A stretch of 64,000 nucleotides of DNA from the human T2T-CHM13v2.0 reference genome, Homo sapiens. The notes below the pieces were generated by a model, which saw only the letters and a program-made list of their open reading frames with translations, searched no databases and had not been told where the DNA came from. Shown one piece after another: positions 44,030-59,401 of the stretch (positions within the stretch are counted from its first letter, which is position 1; each line of letters opens with the position of its first letter). Both the position numbers and the translations under genes were made by a program. The stretch lies in assembly GCF_009914755.1 (NCBI RefSeq), contig NC_060930.1, one strand, 5' to 3'.

Positions 44030-45189
44030 GGGTCAGTAGCACAGGGGAGAAAGTCTCCACGTTTCCTGGGAGTGGATGAGCAAAGGCCTCGCCTCTCTGC
44101 CAGTGAGGCTCTCTTCCTGAGAAGAGACAGTGTGCTGGCAGCAAGCACTGGTTCTGCACCACCATCTCAGCTTCTTCACAAAGAGGACCAACTTCCAGAT
44201 AGAAGAGAAAAAGAAGCTAGAAAGAAACATAAAGGCAACCTCATCAAACCCCTTTCATGTACAGAAGATAAAGTGCAGGCCCAGGGAGCTTAACTGACCT
44301 TCTCAGGGTCATGAATTTAGGAAAGGGGCAGGACTAACTTGAGCTCAAGTCTTTTGGTACCCAGACCACAAAGGTTTCTGATATTCCATCTCTTCCTGAC
44401 CTCGCCTTAGACTGATTCACTGCAGACCTGAAGAAGTAACCCACGAAAGTGGGAATTAAACTGGACATTTGACTCAAAAATATTTTTATAAATTAGAAAT
44501 TAAACAGAAAAGAATAGCAACTTCATATAGTTTATAATCAGAAGAGGAGTTTGTGGCTTTTAAAAGGTAAAAAGAGTTTATTTTACTTACGATGCTAAAT
44601 TTACTCCTATAGTTATGATTCTTCATTGTCCTGAAAGTCAAATATCACTAACACTGATATCAAATTGACTGTGCATTGGCCTCAAACTGCCTTTTTAGGT
44701 AATCTCTCATTATTGTAGGATCAAAATCAACATTTTAGCCAAGCTTCAACACAAACTTTGGATATTTAAATTCTTATTTTTAAATTTACATTATTCTTTA
44801 TGAAAATTGACTACTATATTTAAAACACATAAAATACATTAAACAAAATAAAACTAATGCTCTACAATGATTTTATTGCCACAGAAATCTTATTTATCTT
44901 TGTGTAATCTATTTCACTAGGTTAGTACCAGTGATTCTGGCAATACCCTAAGACAGAATAAATGGTAGGCAGCTGTGACATATCACAACTAAGCGTTCTT
45001 AAACGCATAACACAGACATTAAGTAAAAAACAACATTAGGGCGATTATACATTAATTACATGGATACGTTTTGGAACAAAAGTAATTTAAATTGCATTTT
45101 CCATAGTGATACTTTGAAAATTCTTACAATTTCATGTATGTTTTGAAATCATTTGAGATGGATGAAATGTAAGAGAAAGAACGCTCTTA

Positions 45190-45450
45190 CAACAACAACA
45201 ACAAAGCTCATATTTACATAGCATGTACTCTGTCAGGTACTGTTATAAATGCTCTGCAAATATGAACTCAACTCTTCTTCACAACAACCCTGTGTGCTAA
45301 GCACTGTTGTCCCCATTTAGTGACGACAAAACTGAGACCCAGAGAGGGTATGTAAATCATCCAAGGTCACACAGTTGGTTAGTGGTAGAGGCAGGATCAG
45401 ACCTCAGGAGGACTGCCTCCAAAATCTAGGCTCTTCACCACATGCTATGG
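45190..45450 (-). mobile_element. MIR element (near full length)
   Basis: cacaacaaccctgtg..ccccattttag..aaactgagacccagagagg..ccaaggtcacacag..agtggtagaggcagga. Confidence 0.85.
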
Positions 45451-46299
45451 TTCTGTCCTAAGCAGGATTTTATTTGTAAAAATAGCTCTAGAAATCTTAC
45501 TCGCTAATAAGTTTATAACGAATGTGCTGCTACGCTGTTAGAGGTCACTATTCCAACATGGAAGCAACCATGTCCTGCTACGATTCCTCACCAGGCTCAC
45601 ATATTGTACAATATTAACAAGTAACGTTAAACTATAAAACCATTTATACACAAATGAAAGATTTCTTGTGGTATAATAGTAACCATAGCAACAAAGTAAG
45701 ATGGGTTTGCAAAGTGAAAAGTATCCTAAGGCATTTGATGCCCTCACAAAAAGCTTTCTCTCAATTTACAAGATGTAACCAGTAACAGCAAAATAATAGT
45801 AAATTTTCAAAATAGATTATATTGCTATCTAGATTAGCAATATTTCATGTTAGCATTTTTATTTCTAAAAGAACAAGGGGCTATATTCAAATTGCTCCCA
45901 TTTACATCTCTATAGCAGGAATCCTTAATTCATTCGAGATTTTATGATAAATTTTGACTAAGGTAACATTTTTTAAAAATCATGATATGTACATAGGTTC
46001 AATGACAAAAATATGCAATTAGAATAAAGTTGTAACAATATCACATGCATCCTACATAAGTATAATGAGTAGAAATATATACTTAGCATACAGGAGAATC
46101 ATAATTATCTTTAGATTTATTTCCCTAAGAAATAGATTTTATTTTTTGTATATCAGAACTGATTGTGAAGAATAGGCCTCACTGGAGAAATAATGTGTTG
46201 AATCCTTTTGTAATATCTATTGGCAAAGGAACTATACAATTGCTTAAGTAAATAAATATTAAAGACTGCTAGTACCATATATAGAATTAATAAAGAAAG

Positions 46300-47500
<1,201 letters not shown>

Positions 47501-47645
47501 AAGGTTTAGACATGTTAACACTGGGGAAAATAGCTTTCTAGCGCAGTGGAAACCAGGGGCAGAGACATCGTGGTATTGAACCAGATTTCTCTCGACAAGT
47601 TAAGATGCTGACTTGCTGAGGCTCTGTTTGGTCCTAGGGACCAGA

Positions 47646-47750
47646 TGCAGTGAGCCGAGATCGCGCCATTGCACTCCAGCCTGAGCAACAAGAGTGAAAC
47701 TCCATCTCAAAAAAAAAAAAAAAACAGCAAAAAACAAAACCAAACCAAAA
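47646..47750 (+). mobile_element. Alu 3'-terminal fragment (~65 bp) plus A-rich tail
   Basis: tgcagtgagccgagatcgcgccattgcactccagcctg..ctccatctc then poly(A). Confidence 0.9.
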
Positions 47751-48139
47751 CGTTGCCTTAAACTGAAGCATACACATCAACAGCATAAGTTCTTCCAGGA
47801 TGATGATGAAAGGACAAGGCATAAAATGGTTACAGTGTCCCCAGAGTTACGCTTTCCAGACGCAGCCCTAAGTGGTGAAAAATCGTGCTCCTGGAGCTCC
47901 CTAGGGAGGGTGCAGCTTCCAGGAGAGAGGCTGCACCTGCTTCTGGCCCACAGAGGGCACCTTGCTGCTCACACATTTTTATACTACTGGATCATTCAAT
48001 TGTAGGTTTGCAACTAGTCTCTTCCCACCAACCTATAACCCCTTGGAAGTAAAATGTTTAAAATTTCCACTAACCCTGAAATTTTGTTACTACCAAATAT
48101 TGGTTTAAAAGACTAAAATTAATACCAACAAGACATACC

Positions 48140-48320
48140 AATTAATCCTGACATGTTGCCTATGAGGGAGATACTATCATTATTATTTCCACTTTACAGA
48201 TTAATAAAATGCAATTTAGAAATATAAAATAACTTCCCCATGGTCTCTCAGTTTGTAGCATTTGGACTAAAGCTGCAGGATATCCAACTCCAAAACTCAA
48301 GGTTCAGCCATGATGATAAG
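48140..48320 (-). mobile_element. MIR fragment
   Basis: tactatcattattatttccactttacagat antisense core. Confidence 0.65.
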
Positions 48321-51300
48321 ATATTCCTTGCACTTAGAAGCACTGACATTAAATTAAGAGAGAGAATGAATAACAGCAGCTTTAACCAACCAACCAAAGT
48401 AAACCTGTTTTTTAGGGAATAGAGAATAAGTCTTGATTTTTTAATTTAAGGGAATTTGTGTAATACCCAATGAGATAAATTTCAATCCTGTATTACAATC
48501 AGTTTGACTCATATTATCTTGTTGACAAACCATAGATTTGTAATAATTCTAGAAAAATGCCTCTGTTGTGTTTCAAACTCACTACGTCACTTTACAGGCA
48601 GCCACAGGTGCAGTTGTTTAACGGTGAGCTGCCTGTAGAGTATAACCAAGACAGCTGAACTCTCATTGCAGTTTACTGTAAGCTTGAAGATAAATAACTC
48701 ATTTTGCAGCAAATGCTTCTACCTCTTCACCAACAATTACAATCCTTTAGTTTTTCAATGTACATAAAGAGAACTCCCCTAAGAAAAAAATGAAAAAATA
48801 TACACAAATTTTGAAAGTCATCCTTCCTGAGTAGGTATCCATTGTAAACAGAATGGCTGATAAAATGCCTTACAGACTGAAACGCAAGATGACCAAGCAT
48901 GAAGATTTAAGAAATAGGAGTAACAAAAATAAAAACACCATATAACTAATGCAGTCATTATCTCAGAAATAAATGTGTATTGCTTAGCTTGAAGAGTCAC
49001 TACCAAAAAGGTCAAGATCTTAAAAGAACAGGTACTGTTGCAATCACTGAGAAGGTTCCAGGAAATATACAGCTAATATGAAGAAACAAAAAGAAGAGAA
49101 AAGTCCTGAGGTTAGCAGGACTAGTGGAATAAATGACAATTATTTAAGAATTCTGATTATGTATTCTGTAAATTATTTCTTGCATTTATAAATACTGTAT
49201 TTGTAGGAGTCAAATGATTCTGACAATATTACTTTTGTCTTCTCCTATAGTAATATTTTAATCATAAACTAACACCTCCTAAACATGTAAGAGATATCTG
49301 AACTTTTTAATTAATTAAATCACCTAGTTAGTTACTAGGTGAGTTACCTGAGTGCCTCTAGGGACTCAGGAGATGGCGGTGGCAATGGCATAAATGAGAA
49401 GGGTAAGTCATGAGGAGGAAGTTTTGTGCCATAAACCTGTAAGTGCAAAATCAGGCAAAGGGTAACATTGTCTGCTTTACATGCCATTTTAGTGTCTCTC
49501 TAAAAAATATTTTCATTGCCCTTGTAAAATAATTTATATATGTTAACTTATACATACACTTCAATATATTTGTGCATAAAATTTCAAAAGCTCTAGAACC
49601 CTGAATATATTTAATGTGTGCCTTTAAATTTGCATTACACCTCAAATATATAAATGTCAAATATGTACATGAATTTTTAAAACATAAAAATATTTTTAAG
49701 GATGCCCTGTGGTCTAAATCAAATAAATGTTCACGAAGGGAAAGGAAGGTTAGGCACTAGACTCTACTAGGCCACAACACGTATCTGAGCTTTGCCTATG
49801 AAGTTTTGAATCTACAAAAACAACTTATCTATTTTCCAGATTTGTGAACTCTAATTGATGAAATCTCAAGTCTGTATTTTTTTAAAAAAGAAACTGAAAG
49901 ATAACTAGCATAGAAAGAGCCATATACACAGTTTAGTTGGTTTTGCTACTGTTTATATTTTGAAAAGCAAAGATTATAGGCAATGCTCCACACTGTAAAT
50001 AACAATTACTCTATGTCTAATCCATTTCTATGCATTGAGAATAGAACACACAGTCAAGATGTGTCCATGGTGGCTTTTTGCTTTATTCTCACCAATTAAC
50101 AGGTGATTGGATATGACAGTAATTAGACACCTCAGCTGGAAGAAGATCATTATGTCTTAATGAGAGGATTAAAAACAATAAAAATGTGCTTATTGCAAAA
50201 TATGAGCACATACCTTAAGTAGCAATAGTACAATTTATTTTGTCTCCAAGTTTATTGTGCTTTGTCAGCCCATATCAAAAAAAATTTCCCACCAACATGT
50301 GACTTAGAAAATTACGCAACCTAAGCATACAATTAACAATTTTTGGTGAGTCAGTTCTATGTTTTGGCTTATTTTTTTTGATAATGTTCACTAGTGCTTC
50401 TCTGACAAGTTACAGTTGCCACATAATATTATAAATGTTATACTGGTACATTTCACATTCACCCAAAATTTCAGCTATATACTCAGCAGTATACCTGCTA
50501 TGTAGTTCAAGATACCATCTCAAATTTAACTTCCTCAATTTCCATGAGATGGATTTTTTTTTTTAGACCTGCACACAGACCTATGTACACCCTTGGCAGG
50601 CACTCACAGATGCAGAGTGACTGGAAGGAGCACAGAAGGTCTCTGATGCAATGCACATGCCACCCCAGCAAGGTCAAAAGTCTCCTAGCAACTCTTCTTC
50701 GGGTTAGAGTTTTGTTTCCCTAAAACTGATGTTTAATTGCATGTGCCATCTGTAAAGGACAGTATTAATAGCTAACACCTCCTCTTATTCCACCATTAAT
50801 TAATTATCAAATGTGCCAGCATTGAGATCTGCTTTACAGGAACTGAAAAATACAATGTAAAATCAGGACAGGATAGAAGAGAGGGACGAAGAACGACTTG
50901 CAAAACCCTACTTGTCAGGGGACATGTGGGTAAAAAGTTTTGTTCATTCACTCACACACTCTTTCAGTCACTCATTCAGAAGGACTTACTGATCACCTGT
51001 TATCCACATTGGCAGAGTATATAAATTAATATTTAACCAAGGTAATCATTCTTTAGTCCTAAACCAAGAAGATGCTCTCATAAACATTATGTATTATTGC
51101 CAATTTGGAAGTAAAACAATTCTATACCCGTATATTCAAAACCATGAGCTGTCACCCAGGAACCTCCTAACTCATGGCTCTTAAACCTATAAATATTAGG
51201 GTATCCAAATGTATCCTTCTCTCCTTCATTTAAGAGACAGAATAGGGTTTCCCTCTTTTATTTAAGGCCCATTTACCCATATCCTCTGGACACTACCCCT

Positions 51301-52154
51301 GACCCCACTGCCTTCTGAAGACTTTGTGCATTATCCCATAGTAGTTCATGGTAGAGTATTTATTTGCTTGATAGTAAGCCCGCTGGGGACAAGGGAGCTT
51401 GCCTACTTTATTCTTATTTCTATCTCTAGCATCTAACACACCTTGGCACACAATATTAAGTCAATCAATCCTTGCTGAATAAATAGACTTAGCAATGTGC
51501 ACAACTTCTGCCCCACCCCGTTGCTATCACTGTAATTACCCCATTAAATGCCATAAATATTATTTATAAAAAGAATAAAACTTACACTGCCTTCCAGTGG
51601 TAAGCATATAATTGTTGCATGACACTCTATACAATGATACCCCCCCGTAATATAACTCACTACACAGTTTTTACACTGAAACTGTATCCTTCTTGTATTA
51701 TAAAGGTGAAATGGTATATAGCCAAGCATATCTGAGCAATGGTATGGCTTTTTCTTGCTATCTTCTATCAATCAATTTATTTGTACAGCACAAAATTGCT
51801 ACTCCTCTGAATTGAAGCAGGAGAAAGCCTTACATAATATAACACTATTCTGATACATCTTGACATATACATTATGTAACAGTACTTTTCCTTTGCTATA
51901 CTTCGCAATATAATCGAGAAATGCTCTTTTAAAGTCAGCAACATCAGCAGGAATAAGACTTTTAAATGAAGCTCCTAGGAAGACAGAATTCTCACACTTA
52001 AAAACAAAGTATTTATTCCACAGGAATAAATATTACATGTTTTCTGAAATTGATCAACTGCAGTGATCAGGTAACACTTGCATTGTTAAGCAGTAAGAAT
52101 GATTTCTTAAAAATTATTATTTAATGTCATGGCATTTTAAGTTAGATCTTAAAA

Positions 52155-52850
<696 letters not shown>

Positions 52851-52939
52851 TTATCTGAAAAATAATTTTTTTTTGTTATGGTCCTATGATGAAATATAAA
52901 ACCATAGTAATAACTAACAAGTAATAGTACTACCAGGAG

Positions 52940-53170
52940 TACTAATACTACTTAAAGTTTATTGAGCACTTACTATATTCAGGCACTTTCCTAAGGGGTT
53001 TCAACGTATTAGTGCATTTAAAACTCAGAGCAGCCCCAGTAACACAAGAATAATCATTATCAGTATTTATTCTTCCCTAGGAACCTGAGGTGCAGAGATT
53101 TGAAGGAATTTTCCCAGGACGGCAGCTGATAAGTGGTAGACTGAGGGTTTAAACCCATGCTGTTAGTGTT
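52940..53170 (-). mobile_element. MIR element
   Basis: tttattgagcacttactat..ggaacctgaggtgcagaga..taagtggtagactgagggtttaaaccc. Confidence 0.75.
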
Positions 53171-54237
53171 AAACATTATTCTTTCTTTAGTGTCTTTATA
53201 CTTTCATGTGAATAAAAATAAATTACTATTACATGCCTCTTTCTGTCTGAAACTGAAGTCATTTTTTAAAACTGTTTGGAGCACATTTCAGAATAGGAAT
53301 GATATTCAGGATCAGCCACTCAAATTTCAATATTTTAAGGAAACGGTCTTATGAAGTGTGTATTCAATCTTATCAATGCATGGATAATGGTGAGCTATCT
53401 GGCAACTGCCAAAATCCTACTACTGTATGACTTAGAAATAAACAACTATTTTAAGTGCTACTTGGTAACTATGCTGCCAACCAGTTTCTACACTGCCTTT
53501 ATAGGAAATAATGTACTGTGATCACCAATGACTCTGTTTATAATAAATCAAATATTTTATAAATTTATACAATTATATGGAAATCCCAGACACATTTCTC
53601 CTTTAGAAAGGCAAGCAGAAACAAATCTATCCCGTGTTCAGGAAAGTAAAGGTTTTCTTCGTGAGTACGCTCTGAATCTAAATAAGCCTCAGTCCAAAAA
53701 GAGTTTTACTGCAGACTGATAATCCCCTAGGTTTATAATAAAAATGCTGACAGAGCTTTAGCTACAGCATAACAAATGAAAGGCCATAATGTTCTTCTGT
53801 CAGAAATTCCTATTTATTTCCAGTGTCCTAACAGATGGGCTTTACTGCCTTGAAACTCCCCCCCAAAAGTTAATTGCTTGTCTATCAAAAAGATAAACAT
53901 CTTGTTTTAGGCTTTGGGGATATTACATGTGTAGAGAAAAACCAATACTCGAGCAACACATTGTGTCCGAAATGCATTCGCAGTAAGAGAGCCATACTCT
54001 CTCAGGGCATCAGAGTAAGGAACAGCTGGATGACTCCAACTTCTTAAAAAGTACAGGATTCTCTGCATAGTGACACTAGCATCTATAATACCTAGATTTT
54101 AGTATACCAATAAGGATTGATTTACTGCCACATAAATGACTATAATAACTTTACAAAACAAACTTCAAAATGAAGGTGAAACTCTTTTAGACTCTTGAAA
54201 TAGTGCCTCAAGCAAAATGAACCTTAAACATATCTAA

Positions 54238-54521
<284 letters not shown>

Positions 54522-55829
54522 AAAACTATGCGTTTACTACTTTAGCTAGTGTACAATAGCATGGGGATCTCATTCTCCAAAGAGCTGGTTTAAATGGAAA
54601 ATATGTAGACAGCCTCTTAACTAATGATTCGCATTAAAAAGGAAAATTATGACTTTAACACATGCGTATTGGTGCCACTACCAGATTGCACGGGAAATGA
54701 ACCTGACTGAATCTGGACATTTTTGTGTTCTTAGAATATTTTACTTACAAATATAACAGTTGTATAAAAAGTAATAATACAGAAGTGTTGGTATCTATCC
54801 TTTCACTTTTTCCACTCACACACACACACACACACACTACCGCAGATAGGCAAGCAGGCCGACTGAAGCATGTTGAATAAATCATACTTCTATTCTTACT
54901 GTTCTGCTGCTTTTTTCACTAAGCAATGTATGATGGACATCTTTGATAAAGGCCTCATTCATTCTGACGAATGGACAGTTTCCATTTTATACATATTCTA
55001 CAATGCACTTTATTAGTTAATGAGGGTATCTTCTCTCTCACAATATTTTTTATAAACAGAAAGGTAATATTTGCACATGCATTAACATACATGACATTGC
55101 AATTTGATATGCTTAAATACATATTAGACATACCAAAATATATCAAATACATATTATTTCTTGACTTAACTGCTTTGCACGTGCATTCTGCTTGTCTTCT
55201 ATGGAAGATAAAGAATTGAGGGATGTTATACCCATTCCCTCCTTCTTTCCTATTCTACCTCCTGACTTCTGGCATTTGTATTTTACTTTTATCTCCTCAA
55301 CAGGTTATCATTTATAACTTCAAGTAATATATATTTAAGCTGTCTTGTTGACTTATCAACCTTAAGTCAACATCTTTTTCAGTGAAAATGAGGAACTGCT
55401 GCGTAGACACTTGATTCCACTTTTTCCGTGTTCTGCCACCTTCTGGTTATTGTTAATTACATTATTTTTTTTCTAACATCAAGAGAATAATTTAGTCTCC
55501 AATGCTTTGTGTAAAATTTGATTCTAAAAATTAAAACAACATAAGCAACATTTCTAGCATTATGACTACTGAATACTATTCATTGCAAAATGTAGTAGTG
55601 TAATTAGATCCTTAGGGAAGGGATTTTCATCCAACACTAATGTGCTGCTGCATAAGAAAGAGTTTTGAAAGTTTCAGGCCTTCATGTATTATCTTTTTAT
55701 TCCCTTTTAGTTCTCCATTTAGTTTCAGTTTTCCCTTTAATTTATATTCAGCTATCACTTTTCCTGTATATCATCCTTTTACTCATTTTTTTTGGGTTAA
55801 CACCCAACACATTTGCATATAGATATTCT

Positions 55830-55958
55830 TTTTAATTTTTAATAAAGATGGGGTCTTTCTATGTTGTTCAGGCTGGCCTCCAACTCCTGGCATTAAGCAA
55901 TCCTCCTGCCTTAGCCTTCCAAAGTGTTGGGATGACAGGCATGAGCCACTGTGCCCAG
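55830..55958 (-). mobile_element. FLAM / Alu monomer
   Basis: Single arm with T-rich tail. Confidence 0.85.
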
Positions 55959-56265
55959 ATATATATTTTTTACCAATCTTTGTATTTCCGGTGTGTATGA
56001 TTAAAAGTTGGGAATAGAATTCTATATTTAAATTAATTTTCTCTCAGGTCTTTGAAGACACTGCTTTGATAGCTTCTCGGATCCAGTGTTGTTGATGGAA
56101 AACATAATGTTAGCCTGGTTTTCATTCCTTTGCAGACAATCTATTTTAGTCTCATTGGAAGCTTGTGGCATCTTCTTTATTTTGAAATTTCATCAAGATA
56201 TCTCCACATATAGTTCACTTTGATCCAGCCCGCTTGCCAGACTTTTACATCTGTCTATTGATGCC

Positions 56266-56740
56266 TATGGTAAATTGAGAGCAGCAATGGCCCCAATTTG
56301 TGCCTAGCTTTGGAAGAGCCCTTCCCGGGTTCTCTGGGTTTGGCCACATAATTTGCTTTGGCCCATGGGACAGTACTAAAGGAAAGTAAGTAGCGACTTG
56401 AAAATGCCCCTGCCTTGGAAATTGCACTCCTGCTGCTCTTAGGAATCCTGCTGCCAAGAGAACAAGTCGAGGTTAGCAGGGTGATGAAAGACACATGGCT
56501 CAGCTCCTCCCATCACCACAAAGATCACAGATAACGGCATGTGAGTTCACCTTCTATGAGCTAATCCCAGCCAATCTTCCACTGACCAGAGAAACATGAG
56601 TCAGTTCAGGTGGAAACAGCCACACTGCCCACATCAGAAGAATCAACCAGCCGAATCAGACACAAGCTAAATGAATGGTCTTTGTTTTAAATCACTAAGT
56701 TTTGAAGTCATGTGTTACATAACAAAGGTTAATTGACATA
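56266..56740 (+). mobile_element. MaLR solo LTR (MLT1G/H-like)
   Basis: ttgctttggcccatggga motif; 3' end ttgttttaaatcactaagttttgaagt..gttacataaca..aattgacata. Confidence 0.75.
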
Positions 56741-56917
56741 GACTATTTCTTGAGCTTATAAAATGTTGTCATGAAACTTTATTTTCTGCCTTTCATTGTC
56801 TTATTATTTTGTATTAATCAGATGTTGGACCTACTGACTCTATTCACTATTGCCCCTAACTCTTTAATGTTCCATTTCCTTATCTTTCTGTTTTAAGTGT
56901 TCAGAGTTAATCTTCAA

Positions 56918-57221
56918 TTTATTTATTTATTTTTTATTTACTGAGACAGAGTCTTGCTCTGTGGCCCAGGCTGGAGGGCAGTGGCACCATCTCGGCTTAC
57001 TGCAGCCTCCATCTCCGGGTTCAATTGATTCTCCTGTCTCAGCCTTCCAAGGAGCTGGGACTACAGGTATATGCCACCACGCCTAGCTAATTGTATTTTT
57101 TAGTAGAGACGGGGCTTCACCATGTTGGCCAGGCTTGTCTTGAACTCCTAACCTCAAGTGATTCGCCCTCCTCAGCCTCACAAAGTGCTGGGATTACAGG
57201 CTTGAGCCACCGCACCCAGCC
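56918..57221 (-). mobile_element. AluS element
   Basis: Antisense Alu; TSD taatcttca(a/c)ttta. Confidence 0.94.
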
Positions 57222-57400
57222 TAATCTTCACTTTAAGTTGAAGAAAAAAACATGTTTAGGCATCAACAGTTCCCTTTCCATTATTTGGTTTAATACATTT
57301 TTACTGTGATAATCATACTTTTAATTTCCTGGAAATTTCTTGTTTTGATTGTTCCTTTTTCATAACAGCCTTTACAGCTATTATTTCCTTTCAAATTCTG

Positions 57401-57590
57401 TTTTTTTTTTTTTTGTTTTTTTTTGGTAGCAGAGTCTCGCTCTGCTCCCCAGGCGAATTTTTGCATTTTTAGTAGAGACGGGGTTTTGCAATGTTGGCCA
57501 GGTTGGTCTCCAACACCTCGCCTCAGGTCATCTGCCCACCTTGGCCTTTCAAAGTGCTAGGATTATAGGGGTGAGCCACCGTGCCTGGCC
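57401..57590 (-). mobile_element. Alu with internal right-arm deletion
   Basis: Jumps from ccccaggc to gaatttttgcattttt; TSD ttcct(t/c)tcaaattctg on both sides. Confidence 0.9.
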
Positions 57591-57958
57591 TTCCTCTCAA
57601 ATTCTGCTGAGGGTATTAATTAGACACCTTTTTAAAAGTTTCTGGTAATCCCTGAATTGTACATGAATCTTCTGGTATCGGTTGCCCTTTTCATTCTTCT
57701 AAATACAGTTTTCCCCTAAATATCTGATTGATGATTCTTGGATCTGATAATCCTAGTTACTTTTCTAAGTGAAAAATGACATTGATTTGTATGGGTAATT
57801 CATATTGTTTCATCTGCACTGTGAAATACATGATCCCAAAAGGCTTCTTCCTGGAATGAAAGACATGTCAACACTCAGAACATTCTGTGGGTTTCATGAG
57901 CGGAAAAGCAGGCAGGCAGGCTGGTGACACCCATGCCTGCCAAGACAGACAAGTTTTA

Positions 57959-58018
57959 TTTTACACGTGAAATGCTTTATGAACCTCCCTTTTTTACACG
58001 TGAAATGCTTTATGAACC
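57959..58018. repeat. 27-bp direct repeat (period 33), each copy carrying CACGTG
   Basis: ttttacacgtgaaatgctttatgaacc at 57959-57985 and 57992-58018. Confidence 0.93.
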
Positions 58019-59018
58019 GCCCTCCTGAACACCTTTCCCACTTTTCCCCAATGCTCAATGTAGGATTTCACTTCAGAGAAACAAAACAAAACAGAAAACA
58101 AAAACAAACAAAAAAAACCTTTTCCATTGTTTTAATGCTACCATATGAGAAAAGAGAATTAAGCTAGTGTGTTGAACCTGCTGACTTAAACTGGAAACCC
58201 AGTCATTAGGCTTCAGCCTCAACCTCTTTTTTTTGGATCTTGTTCGTTAGCTTCTTCGGGTCATAAATGCCTCATGCTGATAACAGAATTCACTCGGTTT
58301 TATTTTTGAGAGAATACATTTTGAGAATGATTCATGTAGGGAATAATTTATGTGTGAAGAATAAAGTTTCCAATATAGAGATCTTATTTTAAAAATTGGC
58401 TTTTTTTCTTAATTTCAGAGAATTGATGACACTTTTTAAAGGATTTCTGAAATCAGTGATCACTTAGATGAATGTTGCTATTATCTGCACACATTGCTAC
58501 ATTAAACGCTCCAGAATTTAAAGTTCGTTTGAGCTTTCTGACACTAAATAATATTTCGTTTTATTTCCAAACTTATGAAAGCAACATAGGCCCAAAAGGA
58601 CAGCAGTATATTAAAATAAAATAAGGTTATTTTCCAATGAGAATAGAGATAAATCATTTTCCCAAGGAGAGTTCACCAAAGCTAGAGACTGGCCGAAGAA
58701 AAGTAGCCCTCAGCTTCAAAGATCAAGCTAATTTTAAAACACAACCTATCTCCTGCTTCATTTGTCTTAAATCTTAAGGCTGTTGTCCAACAGGTCATGG
58801 CAGTCAAAAGAACTGTCATATAAAATGTACATCTAGTAAGGCCCTCTCTATTTTTATTTTAAAACAGTGATTTTAAAAATTTTGGTAGAATAACCTAATT
58901 ATCAAATAAAAGCTTATAGAAACCCACATACCTACACATATATAAAAAAACTGAAGTACAGTTGTTTTGCTTGAGAAGGCTGAAGGTGGGGGCAGAGATG
59001 CTTCACAGCCTAGCTTCA

Positions 59019-59401
<383 letters not shown>

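Noticed and set aside
52010-52032. 10-bp inverted repeat tatttattcc-aca-ggaataaata (and a 9-bp one at 49320-49342)
   Set aside because: Short stems of this size are expected by chance in 64 kb of AT-rich DNA
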